Source: Spizellomyces punctatus DAOM BR117 (lineage: Eukaryota). From it: a stretch of 64,000 bases of DNA. Position 1 is the first letter of the stretch, and the number at the start of each line of letters is the position of its first letter. A program made the translations under genes and the position numbers. Below the pieces are notes generated by a model. It did no database searches and was not told the DNA's origin. It saw only the letters and a program-made list of their open reading frames with translations. Shown here in pieces: positions 23,405-35,099 of this stretch. The stretch is from the NCBI GenBank assembly GCA_000182565.2, contig KQ257463.1; one strand, written 5' to 3'.

Positions 23405-25680
23405 TTAATCCATCCTCAACCCCAAACTCGACAAGACATCCAACTCTGGTTCCTCAAACCCTTCATGTACATCTGTATTAACATTCCAAGGCGGACACCA
23501 AGCCTCAATCTCACATTCCAAAATCTCTCGAAAACGGACTTGTTCCGCAAGCGTATTTTGGAGGGCTTCGTTGCGTCTTTTGGCGCCTTCGCATGCTCCA
23601 CGGAGTACACTGGCTTCTTCATTCCATCGACGTTTTTCGAGGGTGGCTTGCTCTGTTTGGCGGTGTTGGGCAGAGGTGAGAGTTTTTGTGAGGTGGGTGA
23701 GGTGGTTGCTAGAGGAATGAAGGGATTGGGTGGTGGTTGAGAGACCGGTTTGGAGGGACTGGAAACGGGTTGTGAGATGGGCGAGTGTGGTTTCAAGGTC
23801 TTGAAGTCGTTTTTGAAAGAGTTGGGTGAGACGAGTTAATTCCGATTCGGATTGTGTTCGAGTGCGGTGGAGGGATTCCAATTGTTTGACAAGGGCCTTG
23901 GTGGTTATCTTGTTTTCATTGATTTCACGCATCACATTGTTGATCTCTGCTTCTTTTGCTTGTTGGACCTCTTTCGCTTGGGCAATCCCTTCTTCAAGTG
24001 TCTGGATACGCCGTCGTAAACGTGTATCCGTCTGTAAATCCCTCGTATGGGCCTTTTTGAGCATATCGAGATCGGAGCGGAGGGCAGCAAGGTTTTTTGC
24101 AGATTCTTTTCGACACTTTTTGAGAGCGGTGTGCAGGTTTTTCTTGGTGGTTCGGAGATTCGTTAATTCACGTGTCAAGAGACGGAGGACTTCGGTCTTG
24201 TGTTTCTGAGACGTGTCTCCATCTTTGGTGGTGGATGTCACGGGCGTCAAGGGCGGAGGAGCAACTAGGAGAGTTTGGTACCAAATAAGCCAACGAAAAC
24301 TTGAACCTCTCTAAAAAGAAAGAACCTAACAACTTACCTCTCCAATCAGCCGTACAAACCCGCACAGGAACAGACCAATACCCCCTAATCGCCATCACAA
24401 CCGTATACTCTCTATTCACCTGTAACCCCCTCACAACCACCACCCCCTCAGGCATACAAATTGTCAACTGATCCCAATACGACAAATTCACCATAACGTC
24501 CACATCAGATGCCGAGAGGGTCGTGCTACCGGACTGAGGGAGAGCAGGGGGGAGTAACAAGGGCTCATCCATGGGTCCCAAAATGGTCGGAGGGGGTGAC
24601 AAGGTCGTTTTGGGTTTCGTGTCAGAGAGGGAACAAAGAGTGACAATGAGAGATTGGGGTAAACTCCACGTCAATGTAATAAACTCGAATCCGACTTCAC
24701 AGACAGCAAGTTCAAACCGACTATGCATTTCGTAATGATTCGAATAATAAAACTGATGGTGTTCATTTGATCGTTTTCGACTATTACTCGTTGTCGTCGT
24801 CGTTGTCGTAAAAAAACTTTTTTCAAGTTTCCACGTTTTATGTTTTCGATGATGGTGTTTTGGGTAAGCACGTAGTTCCCCATACACCACATTCTGCTCG
24901 GCAAAGTACCTCATCCGCTTATCCACAGCATACGCAACCAAATCCCCCAGCATAACATACAACCCATGTCCAACACAATGCACTCCCAACACTAAATCCA
25001 TTCGCGTCGGTGCATGTTTTGTATAATAATCCACAGCAACTAGTACGGACACCACGCACATGGTCAAGAGTCCATAGCCCCTCGCCTGCCCAATCACGCT
25101 CCCATAGACAACGATAGAAGCAACAATCGTCAACACCTTCTCATATTCAATAACACCAAACAGTGATCCATCGACACAAACGAGAAACACGATTAATCCC
25201 ATAAAGACTTGAGTGGAGAGGTACCAAGCTTTTTGTAGGGACCGGATAGAACATATTGAATACCCTATCCATTCTACACGCGCTGGGAGGGACCCCCATT
25301 TATCCATGACCCAAACGGTGAACCAAAGACTTAGGATATCCATGATGCAACATTGACTGAACAATGTATCGACCCAGGCATCCACGTCGTCGGGTGTCAT
25401 AATGTGCTGTGGGTCCGTTTGGGTGAGGTTGTAGCTGTAGGTACTGACTTTGGAGGCATCAATGATTTTTTCTGGGTGATTGGATTGGACCTGGGTGGGT
25501 TCGAGAATCTCCTCCACAGGCTCCTAAAAATAATCCGTTCATATATGCATCTCAACTCTTTTGTGACTTTTGGTTTTACGTTACCGTTCGAACCCATTCC
25601 TCCTCCTTTTTCGACGTCCCAGACCGCAACACAATCTCTTTTAACCTCCCCAACGTGATCTTGCCTCCCCGCTGTCGCAT
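23405..25680 (-). CDS. Multi-pass membrane protein with FN3-like domain and C-terminal coiled coil (possibly AcrB-like)
   Basis: Several hydrophobic helices, FN3-like FITLTWS...VVVRGLQVNREYTVVM, and a long heptad region at 23405-24250. Joined by GT-AG introns; start inferred. Confidence 0.65.
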
Positions 25681-26223
25681 ACTTAACCTACGAAAAAAAC
25701 AAATGTCAAATGCGTCATCACGATCGTCATGAGAGGACATGGAAACGTACGTGTGGACATTATTAGTGGTGCATACACACTATATGGGTATTTGTAAAAG
25801 AAAAAACCAAAACACAAAACCCCGACGAAGCGTGAGATCTTGCCAAAAGGAAATTCAAAAGGCGAGCTTGCCCCGACACCTCGTCTGAGGGGGATAAGTA
25901 ATTAGTGGCGTAGTCACTATAAGGTTAGTGCAAGTTTGCCCGACAAGGGCAAAAGAAAGTTTATATCTTTAATTTTTTTATTATGGTGGGAACAAACCCC
26001 GCGGCATTCTCGTAAGTATCTTTTAACATGTTCCTTTGGATGATTTTTCAAAAGAAACACTAGTGTGTGCAAAAATCCTTTTAACCAAGTCAACTCTAGT
26101 ATATATTTAGAATGTCCTAAACACATACAACAAACCCAATATACAAATTCCCCCATTTTATAAATTATACATCTTTCCCATAATAAACTTGTTTGTTATC
26201 CAAATCGTTCAATAATCCATCTT

Positions 26224-29200
26224 CTACTCCACAATACACGTAGTAGTGCTATCCGCCCGCCTTACACGCTCCTCATGTGCCCGCTCCGCAAGGCCATACA
26301 ACATCCGATACTCATCCGGCCCAGTCTGCTCCACCAAACTCCGGAAATCACCGCCCTCTTTATCAAGTAGTTTCTTTGGTTCATCAAACTCTAGAATCTG
26401 ACCAGCATCCAACACAAGGACACGGTCTGATTCAATAATGGTGTTGAGACGGTGGGCAATCGTCAGGACAGTGAGGTTTGCAAAAGACTTTTTGATCGTG
26501 TCTTGGAGCATGGCGTCCGTGCGGGAATCAATGGCGGCAGTCGCTTCGTCCAAGACAAGGACTTTGGATTTGGACAAAATGGCACGGGCAATGCAGACAC
26601 ATTGACGAAGACCAAGAGAAAAGTTTTTGCCGTTTTCAATGACTTCACTGTCGAGTTTGGCTGCCATGGCACGGATCTTGTCGCCCAATTGGACGGCATC
26701 GAGGGCTTTCCAGATTTCTTCGTCCGTGCATTTGGAAAACGGATCCAAGTTGGACCGAATTGTACCGACAAAGAGGACGGGTTCCTGGGGAATAATCGCA
26801 ATATTCGATCGAAGATCGTTGAGTCCTATTTTGCTCACGTCCACGCCGTCAATGGTAATTTGCCCGTCAGCCACCTCAACGATACGCAAGAGGGCCGTCA
26901 AAAGCGTACTCTTTCCACTCCCCGTTCGGCCCACAATACCAATCTTTTCGGTACTCTTGATATTCAGGTTGATGTTCTTGAGAACATCCACGCCGCCTTC
27001 CTTGTACCGAAGCACAACATTCTTGAAGGTAATGTTTCCTTGGTCTGGCCAGTTCTTTGGGACAGGATTGTCGGGAACCACTGCGGGTGCCTCCGGCTTC
27101 ACTTGGGCATAGTAGACCAATTGTCCAACTGAAGACATTTGAGATTGGACTTCACCCCACATGCGGACCGTCCATTGCACAAAGACGAGCATTTGGAGCG
27201 CGTTAGACAGCGCGAGACCGGCAATGGATGCCATGTCTCCCTCGTCACGCGAAACGACAACAAGGAAGGCGGTAAAGTAAACGACAAACGACGACAAAAA
27301 GTCTAGGTACAAAGCCTGGAACGAGCGAACTAAAAAAAAGAAAGACATGTTAACAACGTCTCGTTGCAAACATGTTGACTTGTGAACATTACCATTCATG
27401 GCTGCCATCATGGCACTATGGTTAGCATCTAATTTTTCCAAATTCATGTCATCAAATCGCTTTTCAGCATGGTAAGATCGAATCGAAAACAAGCCTTCCA
27501 GCGTCGCCGTCAAATGGTTGAAAATGGGCGGCTTGCTGATGGCTTCCAGCGCCTTTGTCTTTGTTTCAGCAGGGGTAGACACTTTGATGACGATACCACC
27601 CAGTACAACGAGACCAATACACGGGGCCCAGTTCCATGGAACGACTGCAGCACAGAGAATGAGCGCACCCAATCCAAGCGGTGCATACTGCAATCCTTGC
27701 ATGGCAGCGTCAGGGAGCGTGTCGTCAACGTGCAGTTGGTGCTTTGAAAAGGCAGATAAGACTCGGCCTAGAGGAGTAGCATCGAAAAAGGACATGGGAG
27801 CCCGAATGACAGCACCAAAGATATTGTCGTGCAAATCGGTGGCTTTACGGGTGGACACGTAGGCAAAGAGGAGACCACGGCTCAACACGCCGAGGGCAAA
27901 GGCAATGGTACACGCACCGTAGACACCGAGGTAGACTGCATCCGTGAATCCACCAATACGGGGAACCCACAGACGAAGCCAATAGTCAGATCCAATACGG
28001 ATACCATGGACAACAAAGAAGAAGCAAATGACCGTAATGGTGACCGCCGGTCCAGCACCGTCCTTTTTACCTGCCCGACCGTACTTTGCAAAATCGCCAA
28101 ACCCAGTGCTGGCAGCCGATGTGTCTTCTTGAACGAGCTGTCCCTTGCGTGCGTTCATGACATCTTCAAGACCTTCCACGTCGTTCATGCTATACACGGA
28201 TAGCTCGTTTCTCCGAACCGCTTCAGCCAAATCGTGGCCAGAGCCCATACTCCGAATGGTTGTGCCAGCATCCTTTTCAATTTCCGTTCGAATCGTCTTT
28301 TCGTTGATTTCCTTGAATTTGACAGAGAGCTGGTTCCGCGATACGACCGAGAGCTGGTTGAGCTCAATCATGTGCTTGGGGTCGGGGATTTCGAGCGTCT
28401 TGTTGGAAAAGTGATTATCTTCGTTTTCAATTTGGTACGTTTTCTCCTCTGGAATGTCAAACTCTGGGCTGTTCATGGGGACACCGGGCTCGTCGTCGAC
28501 ACCCTCGGTAGAGGCTGGGACAGCGACCGACTTGCAGAATTCGGTGAATTCTGGGTGGTTGGCCATGAGGTAGTCAAAGGTACCTTGCATGGCGATGCGG
28601 CCCTCCTTCATGACGACAATATAATCCATGCGTGGAAGGTACTGGAGCTGGTTCATGGAGACAATGACCGTCTTTTCCTTGAGATACTTTACAAAGCACT
28701 CTTCGAAAATGTGAACTCCCACGTGCTGATCAACAGCTGAGAGGGGATCGTCGAGGAGCAAAATGTCTGCATCGTAATAGACGGTCCGCGCCAAGGAAAC
28801 ACGCTGCTTTTGACCGCCAGACAAGTTGGCACCTCGTTCGGCAATCTCGGTCTTGTCACCGGCAATCAGCAATGTCAAGTCTCGCTGCAACGCAGCGACG
28901 CGGACAACTTCCTTGTACCGAGCGCGGTCGTAATCCTTGCCAAAGAGGATATTGTCCCTCAAGGTAATGTTGAGTAGCCACGCTTCCTGGGACATGTAGG
29001 CAGTGGTTCCGTACATTTTCAAGCCTTGCCCGCCCACTAGACGGATTTGACCCAAGAGAGCGGCAATGAGAGACGATTTACCGGAACCCACGTCTCCGAC
29101 CACGGCCACCTTGCTTCCTCGCTTGATTTGCAGCGTCACGTCCTGGAGCGTCGGTTCGGGTGTGTCGACGCCGTCCCATTTGAAATCACAGTTGCTCATG

Positions 29201-30534
29201 TCAAAGGCCAGGTCGCAGCCGGGAGGCGGAGTCTGAGGCTTGAGCTCTTCCACTTCGTCCAGGTCCAAAAACTCATTCAAACGAACCACGGCCGTGAACG
29301 CTCCGGCGGTCGACCTCACGGCCAAGGGCAGCATGAGGAACGGGTAACGGAGTGTGTTGTAGACGGACAAGATGGTAAAGGAGATGGCAGCGGTGAGGAC
29401 ATTGTCCAATGCCACGTACATTCCGAGGGAAGTCAGCGCGACAAAGACGGGCACGGCAAAGACGACGGTAAAGTTGATGGCCTTGACAATCATTCCCGAG
29501 AGGATATAGCCCATTTCCTTTTTGCGAATGTCTGCAATCTTTCCGCTAAAGGGACTTTCCCAGGCGTAGAATTTAATGAGCTTGATGGCCGTGAGAATTT
29601 CCGACATGATGTGAACACGAGAGGTTGTGACGGCGGTTTGGTTCCGGTTGAGGGTGCTCGTCTTTTTACCCAAATAAATTTGGATGGGGAGGAGCAACAA
29701 GACAAAGCCCAAGCAAGGGAAAGCAGAGAGACCGACTTCGACAAAGGCGATAATGATAATGGCAGCAGCTTCGATAAAGGCGGACCACAAAAAGTGAAAG
29801 TTTGTGACTGCATCAACCAAGCGGGTAATGTCTGTCGAGTAAATATTGATGACATCGCCGGCACCGCCCTTTACGCGGGAGAGACGCAAGGATTTGCGGT
29901 AAACGAGACCGGTCATTGCAGCGCGGACTTGGATGCCGATCCGATTGCATTCAGCGTAGAGTTGGTGAATGGCAATGGAGCTAAATAGGGAAGCAAGCAA
30001 GAGACCCATTGCGTACAAGTGACCATCCTTTGCCGAGGGAGCTTTGGAGGAGATGAAGCTGATAATTTGCTTTACTATAAAGAGAGTGGGAGAGATGGTT
30101 GAGTTGGCGAGTTGAGCACAAAATGCAACGCTTGTTACATACAAAGCCAGTAAGCCGAAAGCCAAGTAAAGATTCCCCAGACAATCTTGTAGATTCCCAC
30201 GAGGGCATACGTCTTGCCATACACACGCGCCAGGGCCCTGAGCACTGATCGTTCACTAAGAAAAAAAAGAGTGGGTGAGTGAGTGAGTGAGAAAACTACA
30301 AGGGCTTTGTAGACAGTGTACTCACGCAACGGGCTTTGCGAGTTCGAGTTTCCAGGATGCTTCCAGTTGGTCCACATTGTACCTCGCAGATTCGTTCTTG
30401 CGTAGTTTAAAGTGCAGTTGCTTTATGGGAGTGTGCGTTGCTTTGGCGAGGATGGGAAATATCCAGATAAAAAGCCAGTTTGAGAGAAAGACAGAAGACC
30501 AGAGTCCCAAGGGTTGTGTTCTTGGTCGAGCCAT
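26224..30534 (-). CDS. ABCC/MRP-family ABC transporter (short form, no TMD0)
   Basis: Two TMDs and two NBDs: GDVGSGKSS, NLSGGQKQR, LLLDD; GRTGSGKST, NFSLGLRQ, VLDEATA. Short 5' exons and an in-frame intron at 27330-27392. Confidence 0.95.
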
Positions 30535-31037
30535 GTTTGAGAGATGAGAGAAAGAGAGAGATGCTCGTTCCTTTGTCTACTCGTTTGTCGTTTGCTAGTG
30601 TGTGTATGTATGTGTGTGTGTGTAGTGGTGACTTGGCTATGTACACAATCTCTAAAGTGAGAAATCGTATGTAGAGAGAGAGAGATATATATGTACAAAA
30701 GTCCAAGAAACCAAAGCAAGACGAATAAAGAAGAAAGAAAAATGGGGAAATGCAGTTTGCCCTCCTTTTATATAAATAATAACTGTAAATGACGCGACTT
30801 GTCTGTGTGTGTGTGGGAAAAAAGATAATAATAATAAACCCTCAAATAGGCCGCATATTAGAGAGAAACCTTGGCTCTTTTTTCTTTCTCTCTTTATGAT
30901 TACTATTATTATTATTATAGTAGAGAGAGTACTAGTAGTCATAGTAAGTAGTAGAGAGTGAATAACTTGTATGCAAACGTCTCTTTTCCTAATTAGACTC
31001 ATTTCCCCTACATGTTTTGGATCGTTTTCTTTCTTGG

Positions 31038-31042
<5 letters not shown>

Positions 31043-31085
<43 letters not shown>
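31043..31085. repeat. (TC)n microsatellite
   Basis: About 21 uninterrupted TC units in the ABCC/BUB1 intergenic region. Confidence 0.97.
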
Positions 31086-31089
<4 letters not shown>

Positions 31090-31402
31090 CAGTTCTCTCC
31101 CTTTTCTGTCTCCAACTGTTTCATTCTTGGCAATTTTAAAGTTTTAAACTCTCTATATTGGTTTTCTTCCTTTTCTTGTAGACTTGGCATTTTGTTATAC
31201 ATTTTATCATATCGATATGAGATTACGGGATAGGGATCTGGGACATTTCCATGCGGTAAACCTTAAGACGAGAACGGGGCCAGGTGCGGCGGCGGCGGCA
31301 GGAATGAAACGCCTCCCCCCACCCTAACTCGTTTCAGGGCCCAAATCTCTCCCTTTTACAGACACTCCATCCATTCGTCGATCGCCCGCGGGCTCCGTCG
31401 TG

Positions 31403-31439
31403 TCATGTGATATCATGTGATATAGGTTGTGTCACATGA
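31403..31439. promoter_or_regulatory. Cluster of three TCACATGA/TCATGTGA E-box-like sites
   Basis: TCATGTGA at 31403 and 31413 and TCACATGA at 31432, about 140 bp upstream of the BUB1 ATG. Confidence 0.45.
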
Positions 31440-31512
31440 TACCTCGTGAATGGCTTGTGTTGCTTGTCCGAACTTTACAATCTGTCCGAACTGGTCTGCA
31501 CTTGCTTTTACT

Positions 31513-31538
31513 TGTGTGTGTGTGTGTGTGTGTGTGTG
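31513..31538. repeat. (TG)13 microsatellite
   Basis: Read directly, just upstream of the BUB1 start. Confidence 0.97.
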
Positions 31539-31574
31539 CATTGGCATACCAACAGGGCCTCCTTCTTTTTGGCA

Positions 31575-34500
31575 ATGGACGAGACGGAGGGAAAAGCCAT
31601 CCTGTCCATGGACGCTTTTGAGCACCACAAGGAAAATGTGGTCCCCGTCAAAGCAGGGCGCAGCGCCGCAGTCCTCGCCAACATGCTCAACAAGGGCGAC
31701 ATTGAACACCAGAGAGCCGCCCTCGAAGCAGACCTCCTCGTCGCTTGCACACTCGACCCGCTCGATCCCTACCACCGCTACCTCAAATTCCTAGAACAAC
31801 ATTATCCCAGTGGCCACCCAGACTTTGGCCTCGTCCTCGAAGCAACCGTCAGGAAATTCAAACGCGACGAGCGCTACAAGAACGATCCAAGATACCTATG
31901 GATGTGGCTGCGCGTCGCTCGTCAGGCTCAAGACCCCGTTCAAGTCTTCAAGTACCTCAGCGTCAATGAAATTGGTGGAGAACTCGCCGCGTATTACGAA
32001 GAATACGCGCAGCTCATGGTCGCCATGAAACGATTTGACGAGGCCGGCGAAATCCTTTTATTGGGCATCCATAGGAGTGCTCGCCCTCTCGAGCGATTAA
32101 AGGCCCGTTACGAGGGATTCAAAAACCTACCTCGTCCGATCGTAGAACCAGAACAGGAACCTGTCCCGCCCGTATCTACCTCGACTCGTCCCGTGTTGGC
32201 CGCTCGGCGCGGTGGGACGACAGCTCTCTCGGCACCCTCACAAACATCCAAATCCACCACCAGCACGCTTCAGGTATACCGCGATAGTGAAGGTCAACAC
32301 CAAGCCCTCTCTGAACGCGTCATGCCAACAAGTACCCAAGCGAATCCGTGGCCAGACTACGGAACATCCATGTCACAACGGAAAGAAAACGTTCGAGAAC
32401 CTACTCGCTGGACAGGTGCCATCTTGCCACAGAAAAAGGCGAGGCAGGTTCCGACCCGAAGTAAGATTGAAGTGTATCAAGATGAGGTAAGAAAGTCGGT
32501 TGCGGACTGGCGTGTCGTTGTTAAAGTGTTTCGAGGGGGAGATTTATACTTTTGTCTGTTGACTCGCTCGAGTTTGGACCACCAACCTCTTTTTTGTTTG
32601 ATTGCTTTGAGTAAAGCTCAATCTCTCCTTTTTTTTAGCCATCGGAATCGGATATCCCACCAGTGGGACCTGTAGAAAGAGTGCTGCGACCCAAAGATGT
32701 CAAGGCTTCAGGAGGTTGGTAATCTTTCGCGTTCCCAGCAATGCTTTCTTGTTTATTTGTTTTTAATGAGATCCCATGGCAGAGCCATCAACAGCATCCG
32801 TGCTCATGGCAATGGACCGCTCACCGCCGAAAAGAGACACAATATCCGCCAGTGAGCGAGAAAAGACCCACCCTACCGCAAAGGATGCAAATACCACACG
32901 CGACATCAAGATTGTTGCCATGGTGGATGAAAAAGACCAGGACGGCTGCCCACTCTCATTTGAAGAGCGTCGAGCACGGAAATACGGCAACTTTTCATCA
33001 CCACAGCCCACCCGTACACGTGAACCCGAGAACCAGGAGAACGTCCCTCTTGCACCCACACAGCCCTCTACCAAAGTCAAGTCCTGTCCGTCACCCACCA
33101 TCAACACCAAAGCCGCCCTTGCGGACGTTTTTGAAATGTTTAACAAGCCGCTCCAATCTGAAGCCGTTGCACCCGTTGGGGGGCCGTCAGAAGCAGATTT
33201 GTATGTGGAAGATGATGAGACGATCAGTGCTCAAGTGTACAAGAGGACACATGCGTCGATTGGTGTTTTTGTGGACCAAGTGGAGGAGCCGAGGGAAACC
33301 TCAACACAGAAACAAGAAGATGACAATCCCTTCTTGGAGGATCGGTCTGGGATGACACGGTCACGCGGGATACGTCCCAAAGGCTCAAATGTTGACGAGG
33401 TCAAGCACGGCAGAGACGACAGCCGAACCGGACCCCTCAGCGAGGAGCCTTGTCAATCCATCCTTCCACCTTCAGACTTGCGTGGCTCTCGATTGGGCAT
33501 GCCCTCGGCGCATTCCACACCCTACCACGGCCGCTACACGGACGAAAACCAACCCACCACTGGAGACACACATGACACTCAACCCACGCACCCAGACCGT
33601 CCCTACCGCTTCAGCATGCGCGGCCTCGACCTCATGACACCCATCACAGAAGTGAGTCATGAATGCGACCGCACCCTCCTTAGCACCATTGGACGCACGG
33701 GTGACGATGGCCACACGGTCATGACGCTCGCGACTTTTGGCGACCGAACCCTCAGTAGCATCAGTTATGACTCTCAGCATACCGACCACGACGACGTTCC
33801 CTCTGATTTCGCAGGACAGCCTATTGTGCTTTCACGACAGGACGTGGGGATCGGACGATCCGTTCCAAAGAACCATGATATCGATACACTTGTGGAAGAT
33901 CTCAGTGGGGTCCGGATTGCCAGCAGTGACGATGAACACGTCTTGTCGGATACTCTACCATCCGTTACAATCCCCCTCCAGGTACCTAACCCCTGCGACC
34001 CTTTTGATCCATCCATTACAGCCCTTATCGCCGCTCACCTCCGAACACAAACCTGGCCTCGTCTCCATATCCACGCGACACCGACACCTCTCGCCCACCT
34101 CGAAACGAGTAAAACAGAACCAGACCTTTCAGAAATCGGTCCATACACCCTTGTTTCCAAATTGGGACAAGGCGGTTTTGGCCGAGTGTATTTAATCGAA
34201 CATGACACGGATCCATTATCTGACCAAGAAGACGATGCGAGACTTTATGCCCTTAAACATCATTTTGTACCTACACCCTGGGAATACCTCTCCCTCCTCA
34301 CCCTCCACACTCGTATCGACCCCACCCTCCGCTCCTCCATCATCCACCCCCACTCTTGCCACGTATTCCCTAACGCGAGTTTCATGGTCCTTGATTATTT
34401 CAATGGGACATTATTGGATGTCGTCAATTGTGCTCCTGTGTATGGGTACGGCACTAAAGGCCTTGACGAGATCCTTGCCGCGTTTTTCGGGGTCCGGGTG

Positions 34501-35058
34501 TTACGACTTGTACTTGGTATCCATTCCGCAGGCTTTATTCACCGTGATATCAAAATGGACAATTTCCTAGTCCGACTTGATGAGTCTCCCGAATGGGATG
34601 CTATTTATGGTGGGCCTGGATGGGACGCCAAGGGCATTGTATTGGTGGATTGGGGAACGAGTGTGGATACCCAATTATTTCAACCGCATCAACGATTTAA
34701 ATGTGATTTAGATTCTCTTGATCCGAGTTTTGAGGCACCTAGTTTGAATCGGGATTGGAAATTTGATGTGGATTGGTATGGTGTTGCTGGTGTCCTCCAT
34801 GTACTTTTATTTGGACAGTACATGCAAGTCACCACCACGAGTGATTCCATTCAATTAAGGGAACCCATCAAGAGGTATTGGTGTCCCATTTGGAATCGGT
34901 TGTTTCATTCCTTGTTGAATTCGGGAGAGGATTGTGCTGGGGAGGTTCAAGAGTGTTGGGATGCTTTGGAGGCGTATCTGGTCAAGAATTCCAAGAGTAG
35001 GAATTTGAGGGGGTTGGTTAAGAGGGTTGGGACCGCTCTTGCGGAACGGAAAATATAA
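31575..35058 (+). CDS. BUB1: Spindle checkpoint kinase BUB1/MAD3 (MadBub)
   Basis: KEN box (HKENVVP), TPR domain (DPLDPY, YKNDPRYL), second KEN, GLEBS-like SFEERRA, CD1 PSPTINTKAALADVFEMFN, kinase LGQGGFGRVY / HRDIKMDN / DWG. Introns 32487-32638 and about 32715-32782. Confidence 0.93.
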
Positions 35059-35099
35059 TAGATTATGTTTTTTTTTTTAAAAAAATTGTTGGTTGGGTG

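Noticed and set aside
29047..29988. 313-aa plus-strand ORF (also 26452-27132, 5235-5846 and 22547-23155)
   Set aside because: Antisense shadows of real genes with biased codon usage; no independent motifs.
30700..31440. AT-rich tract next to RTCACRTG sites, resembling a point centromere (CDEI/CDEII)
   Set aside because: No CDEIII and wrong spacing; point centromeres of this type are restricted to Saccharomycetaceae.
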